Below, one piece after another: positions 36,665 to 43,030 of a DNA stretch of 43,030 nucleotides. Each line of letters opens with the position of its first letter. Positions within the stretch are counted from its first letter, which is position 1. Position numbers and translations under genes: made by a program. Below the pieces are notes generated by a model, which was given only the letters and a program-made list of their open reading frames with translations, searched no databases and had not been told where the DNA came from. Location: NCBI GenBank assembly GCA_045863855.1, contig BTVV01000047.1, forward strand, positions 1 to 43,030, written 5' to 3'. Origin of the DNA: Planctomycetota bacterium (GTDB lineage Bacteria; Planctomycetota; SZUA-567; H5-PLA8).

Positions 36665-37816
36665 TCACAAGGCAGGCGCGGCGGGCGGGCGGATCGATTC
36701 GCCGGGGATAAAAAGGATGGGGGCGCAGACTTTGCGCGGTGGCCTCAGGACGGGGCGGCAACCTTCGGAATGGAGTTCTTCGGCCAGATCGAAGCAGCGC
36801 TTCACGAGGTTCTCGAACCGCAGATTCACGCTGGCCACGGGGATACCGTTCACGACCAGTTTTTCGTTTCCCCACCACGCCGTCACGATGGACAAGTCCC
36901 TGGGCACGCGCCATCCGTGCCGCGCCAGTTGCTCGATGAGCGGAGCGATGACGGCTTCATAGGTGGCAAAGAAGGCGGTGGGTCTTTGCTCATAGGGCGA
37001 GGCGGCCCATTGGGCGACGGCCGGCACCAGGAAATCCGCGAAAAGGCGCCGCGTCAAGCCCTGCATGCGCGGATACGGGAGCCGCCATGGCGTCCGTATC
37101 GTCCCGCCCAGTTGTCCCACCGTTCGTTCAAATCCAAACCGCCTGTCGGCCCAATTGGGGTCGCAGGCATTACCCGGTAGGTTAAACTCTTCCAGCACCG
37201 CAAATCGGCGATGCCCCCATTCGTACAGGTGCCGCGCGGCGATCGCGCCGACTTCGAAGTCGTCGAAGACCACGCTGTCGAGTCCCGCCGGAGTCGCATC
37301 CTGGTCAACGACCAGCAGGCGATGTGCGCGTAGCCTCTCGGCATCGGCGGCGATGGTCTCCGGGGCTTCCACGAGAAAGCCGAGATCGAAAGCATTCCAT
37401 GGAATTTCCGAGAGCCGAATGCGGTGCCGGCCGGGGGTGGACAAGCGACCGTGCGAATTGGGGCACTCCACCATGGTCATGCCCCGGCGCCTCCCTTCCT
37501 GGAGCAGTTCTTGAATGAGCGCGGTGTGGTCCCAGTCGGGCCGCGGCCATTTGCTCAGGATTCCGATCCGCAGCTTTTTCGGATTCTCGGAAACCGGCCC
37601 TTTCCCTTCCCGAAACCACCCCACGCCGGAAACGGCACGCACCATCCCTTGCCTGCTGAGTTCGCGCAGCGCGTTCTGGATGGTCATGCGGGCGACCCCG
37701 TGGGCGGCCGCCAGTTCGCGAGTGGAGGGCAATCGTTCGCCGGGCGCAAAGGCCTCCTGCACCTGTCTGTGCAGTTGGCGCAACAGCTCCTTGAATACTT
37801 GATCCTTTGTCGCCAC
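36665..37816 (-). CDS. GntR-HTH / LacI-type sugar-binding-domain hybrid regulator
   Basis: PGERLPSTRELAAAHGVARMTIQNALREL; C-terminal DSVVFDD..AARHL...GHRR, PTAFF, VPRDLSIV. Confidence 0.88.
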   Translation of the reverse strand: MATKDQVFKELLRQLHRQVQEAFAPGERLPSTRELAAAHGVARMTIQNALRELSRQGMVRAVSGVGWFREGKGPVSENPKKLRIGILSKWPRPDWDHTALIQELLQEGRRRGMTMVECPNSHGRLSTPGRHRIRLSEIPWNAFDLGFLVEAPETIAADAERLRAHRLLVVDQDATPAGLDSVVFDDFEVGAIAARHLYEWGHRRFAVLEEFNLPGNACDPNWADRRFGFERTVGQLGGTIRTPWRLPYPRMQGLTRRLFADFLVPAVAQWAASPYEQRPTAFFATYEAVIAPLIEQLARHGWRVPRDLSIVTAWWGNEKLVVNGIPVASVNLRFENLVKRCFDLAEELHSEGCRPVLRPPRKVCAPILFIPGESIRPPAAPAL

Positions 37817-38095
37817 GGACTCGATTGTTTAATGGGCAGGCTTCTTTGAAAGTGAAATTTTCCGGTCCCCTTTTCGCGCCTCCTCGAAGCGGGTACAGCG
37901 CGGGCACGCGCTTCACGCTACCCGGGGAACGAACCGCGCCGGACGCCACGCCCAGCGCTTACCGTCCAACTTGTGTCCATTCGAAGCCGCGGCCATTTTT
38001 CCGCCGCGCTTGCGGTGTAAGATGTTCAGCGCCTCGCACCGAAAAGCGATGAGGCCATTTGGGCTTCCGGCATTCGTTTCAGTGAGGATCCAAGC

Positions 38096-40018
38096 ATGAT
38101 TCCCAAGACCCTGTCGCTCCTGATCTTCGTGCTGCTCGGCGCGCCGTGCGGCGTTTGGGCCGCGGGCAGCGTGGGCGATCCGCAACTGATGAGCGACCAT
38201 CCCTACTGGCAAGGCGAGCTTTCGTGCTCGACCTTCGACCGACTTTTCAAGAGCCAGGCGGAACTCTACACGCGAGTCACCGGCCGCAAGACGGACCAGG
38301 AAGAAGATAAAGCGCTCGCGAGCTGGTACTGGCGGAACACCCACTATTTTCACTGCACGTCGCTGCCCTTGCCGGACGTGTTTAAGAAGGGCGGGCCCGA
38401 ATTCGAACGTGAGTATTGGAACAGCTTGTTTTCTTTCGGGCACGGGATGTGCCAGGAAAATCACGCTCAATATACCGCCGAAATGGAATACCTCCTGGGC
38501 CATGCCCGCTCTCGCAGCATGATGGTCCAAGGCCATACGTCCTTCGAGGCTTTCATTACGGGCGGCGCCTACGGCACCGGAAAGTGGGTCTTGCTGGACA
38601 GCGACATCACCACCGTCTGCTTCGATAAAGAACAGAAGATGCTGATGAATATCGAGGAGCTGGCCACCAGCGATCGCGCCGCGTACCTGACCCACCGGCA
38701 AGCCAAGGATAATCGCGGCTGGCTTCCCGAGCTGTATCCTGGCGACGGTGAAGGGTACCGGACGACTCTGGCCTATGCGCCCCTGTCCGGATACGCCGGG
38801 GCCCCTCCGATGGTCCACTTGCGCCCGGGCGAGACGTTGCGCCGGTTTCCCCGCCCAGGCTTGGGCAAGGGGGAGCAAGGTACGCTGGTTTTCTGGGGCA
38901 TCTGCGTGGACGGTCTGGACGGCCCGAATCGCCACATTACCTACCTGACCGACCCAGACCGCTGTTTCAATGCCCCGGCGCGCCCCATATTGGAACGAGA
39001 CCCCAATCGCCGCGCTCGCTTCGGGAATGCCGTATTCACCTACAAACCCTCCTTTCAAGATGGCTCCTACAAGGCCGCCGTGGCCGCGGAAGACGGCCAA
39101 TCGGTGACCTTCCAGCACCAGTCGCCGTTCGTCATCGCAGTCAAACCATCCACGAAAAACTGCACCGATCCCGGCGCCACGCTGGGGTTGGTGCTGCAAG
39201 GCCAAGCCACCTGCCAAGTCCGCGTTTCCACCGACGGCATGAAGACGTTTTCCGACCCCGTGGATTTCAAAGACGGTCTGGATCTGTCCGACCTGGTGAA
39301 GGGGCACTACCGTTATTGGTTGCAGTTCATGACCGCGCCTAAGAATCTGGCCAACAGCGGGATCTCGATCACGACCCGGTGCATGGCCAGCGGTTACGTC
39401 ATGCCGCACCTGAAGTCCAATGGCACGCAGATCACGTTTAATACCTCGGGCTTGGCGGTGGAAACCGTCGGTCCGCAGGCCGAAGCGCTGGCCCGGCATA
39501 TCGTCGAAGGTTCGCTGGGCGGGCCTTCGTTTACGGTCAAGCTTAAGACGCCGCGCGGAGAAAAAATCAAGGCCGTCTGCTGGGCTACTCGTTCTCCCAC
39601 GGGGTGCCCGCCCAAGCCCGATTTGGCCTTCAAAGCCGAATACTCGAAAGATGGAAAGAATTGGAGCCTTTTGAAGGACGATTGGCGCATCAATCCGCCG
39701 GAGCCTTACAACCCTCCGGATACCTGGTCGCAGACTTTCTTCTTCGGCACCAAGGATATCTCCGTCGACCAACTGAGCGAGGTGCTGATTCGCATCAGCA
39801 ACAATATGGGGAAGTACTACCAAATGGGCCAATTCTCCGCGATTTACGCAGCCCCCAACGCCGCTCGAACTAAAGTCACCTATTGCTGGACGGAAGGCGG
39901 CGAGGATAAGACCGAATCGCATGTGTATCCGGCCGGCGCGCAGATGGACCGTTCCTGGAAGATCGCCACCGGAAAAGAACCGGCCTTGAAGTGGATCGAA
40001 ACAGAACCCGTAGAATAG
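38096..40018 (+). CDS. Secreted hypothetical protein with a transglutaminase-like C-H-D pattern
   Basis: Signal peptide MIPKTLSLLIFVLLGAPCGVWA; motifs FGHGMCQENH, GHTSFE, KWVLLD; GAGG RBS. Confidence 0.75.
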   Translation: MIPKTLSLLIFVLLGAPCGVWAAGSVGDPQLMSDHPYWQGELSCSTFDRLFKSQAELYTRVTGRKTDQEEDKALASWYWRNTHYFHCTSLPLPDVFKKGGPEFEREYWNSLFSFGHGMCQENHAQYTAEMEYLLGHARSRSMMVQGHTSFEAFITGGAYGTGKWVLLDSDITTVCFDKEQKMLMNIEELATSDRAAYLTHRQAKDNRGWLPELYPGDGEGYRTTLAYAPLSGYAGAPPMVHLRPGETLRRFPRPGLGKGEQGTLVFWGICVDGLDGPNRHITYLTDPDRCFNAPARPILERDPNRRARFGNAVFTYKPSFQDGSYKAAVAAEDGQSVTFQHQSPFVIAVKPSTKNCTDPGATLGLVLQGQATCQVRVSTDGMKTFSDPVDFKDGLDLSDLVKGHYRYWLQFMTAPKNLANSGISITTRCMASGYVMPHLKSNGTQITFNTSGLAVETVGPQAEALARHIVEGSLGGPSFTVKLKTPRGEKIKAVCWATRSPTGCPPKPDLAFKAEYSKDGKNWSLLKDDWRINPPEPYNPPDTWSQTFFFGTKDISVDQLSEVLIRISNNMGKYYQMGQFSAIYAAPNAARTKVTYCWTEGGEDKTESHVYPAGAQMDRSWKIATGKEPALKWIETEPVE

Positions 40019-40467
40019 TCGCCGGAGACGTGCGCAGGCTTTAGGCTCTGTGCCGAAACGCGGCTTCGGGATCCGTTTGCTACGGTGCTGCGCGGGATTT
40101 CGTCTGGCTCAAGCGCCGGACGGCCGTTCGGCTTCCGCACCTGCTTGGTCTCCCTTGACCGGTTCATCGCAGCCGCCTCGCGAGCTCCCTTCAGATCAAG
40201 CATGGCCTCCTCCGGCTTTTTTGTATGCGTATCATGAGCGCCTGCCCTGCTTTGCAGTCTCCACAAGTTCAGGCGCGCGCATGGACTTCCGAAGACTCCT
40301 CACCCTTGTAAACTTCGGCTACACGGTTTCCCTCAAGTACAACGGCAGGGCTTGCGCCCTCGTGCGCTGTTTGCACATGGGCATGCAAGTCGTTGATGCG
40401 GCGGGGTTTTATCGAAACCTTCGGGCGCGGGTTTGTTATTCTAGGGCGCGGGTGATGGGCATGACCG

Positions 40468-40545
40468 CCCTCCTCCCTACCCTTCTCCCAAGAGAAGGGA
40501 ACGGCGAGGGCACCCCCTCTGGCTCCCCCTTGGTTAGGGGGAGAA
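40468..40545. repeat. REP-like pyrimidine/purine palindromes upstream of htpX
   Basis: CCCTTCTC-CCAA-GAGAAGGG and CTCCCCCT-TGGTT-AGGGGGAG hairpins in tandem. Confidence 0.65.
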
Positions 40546-40573
40546 TGAGAACCGGGGACGGGCTCGGCCTATT

Positions 40574-42546
40574 ATGTGGGATCTGATCCGCTCGAACGAA
40601 CGCAAGTCGCTCCTCTTGATGATGGGGCTCGGCGCGTTCACGGTGCTGGTCGGCGCGATATTGGGCGCGTCCGTCGATCCCGAGCAGGGCTTGGTGACGG
40701 GCGCGTTCCTCGCGCTGGGCACTTGGCTGATCCTCACGATCGTCACGTACTTCGCGGCGGACTCGGCGGTGCTGAGCATGTCCGGCGCGCGGGAGGTGTC
40801 GCACAAGGAGTTCCCGCAGCTCTGGAACGTCGTCGAGGAACTCTGCATCGCTTCGGGCTTGCCGCGCCCGCGGATCTACGTGATCGAGGACACGGCGCCC
40901 AACGCGTTCGCGGTGGGGCGCACGCCGCAGACGGCGGCGGTGGCGATCACGTCGGGCTTGCTGCAAAGCTGACGCGCGACGAACTGGCCGGCGTGATGGC
41001 GCACGAACTGGCGCACATCCGCAACCGCGACACGAACTATCTGATCCGCGCGGCGGTGATGGTGGGGACGATCGCGCTGTTGTGCGATTTCTTCCTGCGC
41101 TACGCGCGGCTTTTCAAATTCGGCGGCGGTAAGCGTTCGGGCGGGAGCAAAGGCGGCGGAGGCGGCGGCGCGCAGCTCGTACTGCTGGTCCTGGCGCTGC
41201 TTCTGGCGATCCTCGCGCCGATCATCGCCCGGATGCTGTATCTGTGCATCAGCCGGCGGCGGGAATACCTGGCCGATGCGAGCGCGGTGGAGTTCACGCG
41301 CAACCCCGAGGGGCTGGCGAGCGCGCTGGAGAAGATTTCGGCCGACCAGGAGGTGCTGGAGGTCGCCAACCGCGCGACGGCGCCGCTCTTCATCGTCAAT
41401 CCGATCAAAGCTCACGAGGAGCGCGCGAAGGAATTGTTCAGCACGCATCCGCCGCTGAAGGAGCGCGTGGGGATTCTGCGGAGCCTGGGGACGGGCGCGA
41501 CGCTGAACGATTACGAGCGGCAGTTCCGCTTGATGGCGAAGGACGGGAAGCGCGGGCTGTATTCGCCGCGGGATTTGCAACAGGCGTCGTCGGAGCGCGG
41601 GACGCGCCCGGTTCCGAAGGCTCCGGCCGAGGCGGCGTTGGGGCCGGGCCAAGCTCCGTTCGGGCTGGAGAACTTGAAGGGCGGCGCGGCGCGGACGCCG
41701 GAGGCGATGCAGCAGCGTCTGGAGCCGCTGGCTCGCGTGCTGACGGCGGGCGCGGTGGCGCAGGGGCAACTCCCGCCCGAGGCGGTGCTGGCGGCGCTGT
41801 TCGCTCCGGGCGGACTGGGGATGGCCGGAGCGCTGATGATGTCGTGCGCGTGCGGGGAGCGGTTGGCGCTACCGGACCGGCCGAAGCTGGTGGTCTGCGC
41901 GAAATGCGGCGCTCAGACCCCGGTGGCGGCGGAGACGCTGGAGCAGATCGCGCGCGCGAAACGGCAGGCGCAGGCGGCACCGCAAGCGGCGGGCACGGTT
42001 CCACCTCCCCCACCCTTCCCTCTCGCTGGGGGAGAGGGTAAACAGCGGCCGGTTCCGGCAGCTTTGGGCTCAGGCGGGGTTCCGGTTCCTCCGCCGCCGA
42101 AGCCCGTGGCGGCCGGGGCGAGCTACGGCGTGCGCGATGCGGATGGGGATGGGAAGCTGGACAGCGTGAAATTCGAGGAGCGCCAAAGCGGCGCGGCGCG
42201 CTGGGAGATGTTCAAGGAACTGGAGGAAGACAATTCGCGGGGCGGAAAGGAGCTGCGCGGATCGGACCTGAATCCGCGCGCGCGTCCGCCGGCGCCTCCC
42301 CCGCCCGCTCCCGGCGCGCGGCTCGGATCGGAGGGCGTGCCGGCGCCGCCGCTTCCGGCCGAGGCGAAAGGCGGGCAACCACCGGACGATCCGGGTAACG
42401 ACGAGGCGCGGCGAGCGCTGATTCCGGATGCGTTCGCGTGCGCGTGCGGCTACACGCGCGAGGTGCCGGCAAACTTCAAGGGGAGCCGGTTGAAGTGTCC
42501 GAAGTGCGGGGCGCAGCAGGTTTACTATTTGGTGAATGGGAAGTAG
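40574..42546 (+). pseudogene. htpX: HtpX-like M48 zinc metalloprotease with a single-base frameshift near 40965 (real or assembly error) and a C-terminal Pro-rich/Zn-ribbon extension
   Basis: Frame 1 from 40574: PQLWNVVEEL...PNAFAVG...AITSGLLQ-stop. Frame 2 continues KLTRDELAGVMAHELAH...SRRREYLAD...FSTHPP. CTGCAAAGCTG lacks one A relative to CTG CAA AAG CTG. Confidence 0.88.
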
Positions 42547-42563
42547 GGAGTGGTTGGGACGCG

Positions 42564-42617
42564 GCAAACGGCAAACATCAAACGGCAAGAACCAAACAAA
42601 CGGCAGACGGCGAACGG
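42564..42617. repeat. Degenerate 7-mer tandem array (GCAAACG)
   Basis: GCAAACG GCAAACA TCAAACG GCAAGAA ... AAACG GCAGACG GCGAACG. Confidence 0.7.
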
Positions 42618-42763
42618 GTCCTTGGGCGGGATCTGGGAAAATCGGCAGGATCGGAATAAGCGCCCCCCTCTCCGGCATCGATAGCCCATACGGTTCTCGC
42701 TTGGTTTCGCGCGGCGCGCGATGGGCGGGGGCGTGCACGCCCTAATGAGGAGCGACGTTCGCG

Positions 42764-43030
42764 ATGATTCGAGTTCGATACGCGATGATGGCGGGATTGC
42801 TGGGGATAAGCGCGGCGCTGGCGGCGGCGGAAGGCGTCGCGGAGAAACCCGAAGACGCGAAGGGCTTGGCGGTGGGCGATGCCGTTCCGGCGGCGACGCT
42901 GAAGAATACGCAGGGCGAGGCGGTGGAACTGGCGGCGCTGCTGAAGGAGAAGCCGGCGGTGGTGATCTTCTACCGCGGAGGCTGGTGCCCGTTCTGCACG
43001 CGGCATTTGGCGGCGCTGCAGAAGATCGAG
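42764..43030 (+). CDS. AhpC/TSA peroxiredoxin-like redoxin with signal peptide, 3' end outside the window
   Basis: Manual translation: MIRVRYAMMAGLLG...LAVGDAVPAATLKN..G..VEL..LLKEKPAVVIFYRGGWCPFC; GAGGAG RBS upstream. Confidence 0.9.
   Translation, partial: MIRVRYAMMAGLLGISAALAAAEGVAEKPEDAKGLAVGDAVPAATLKNTQGEAVELAALLKEKPAVVIFYRGGWCPFCTRHLAALQKIE

Noticed and set aside
503..39922. Many long antisense or alternate-frame ORFs (e.g. 503..2176, 8121..10187, 15740..18202, 22518..24548, 37913..39922)
   Set aside because: They overlap well-supported genes, are Arg/Ala/Gly-rich without motifs, and are expected in high-GC DNA.
1..43030. CRISPR array, integrase, transposase, reverse transcriptase
   Set aside because: I saw no regularly spaced 25-40 bp repeats and no ORF with the relevant catalytic motifs.

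Overview
A GC-rich bacterial chromosome segment of about 38 CDS and one tRNA-Asn. The gene content (large membrane Ser/Thr kinase, H-X9-DG-type pseudopilin, GntR/LacI hybrid regulator, small 'RFSLATA...GWP' membrane protein) suggests a Planctomycetota/PVC organism; this is an inference. Recognisable genes are lpxB (partial), murQ, ETF-ubiquinone oxidoreductase, metF, trpE, apaG, lemA, a frameshifted htpX, two ABC systems, a two-component system and an AbrB-Doc toxin-antitoxin pair beside the tRNA. Four observations stand out. (1) An ORF-free unit of about 650 nt (34650-35302) lies between a perfect TetR-type palindrome plus TTGACA and a strong terminator, and has long G.U-containing helices; it is a candidate large regulated ncRNA. 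(2) lpxB contains an in-frame AT-rich (about 43% GC) expanded segment that begins at a 7-mer tandem array, and other 7-mer arrays occur across the window, one again preceding an AT-rich ORF. (3) A five-gene pseudopilin + ABC exporter operon. (4) A 4.5 kb insert separates lemA from htpX and carries a secreted protein with a transglutaminase-like C-H-D pattern. All calls come from reading the sequence; no database search was run.
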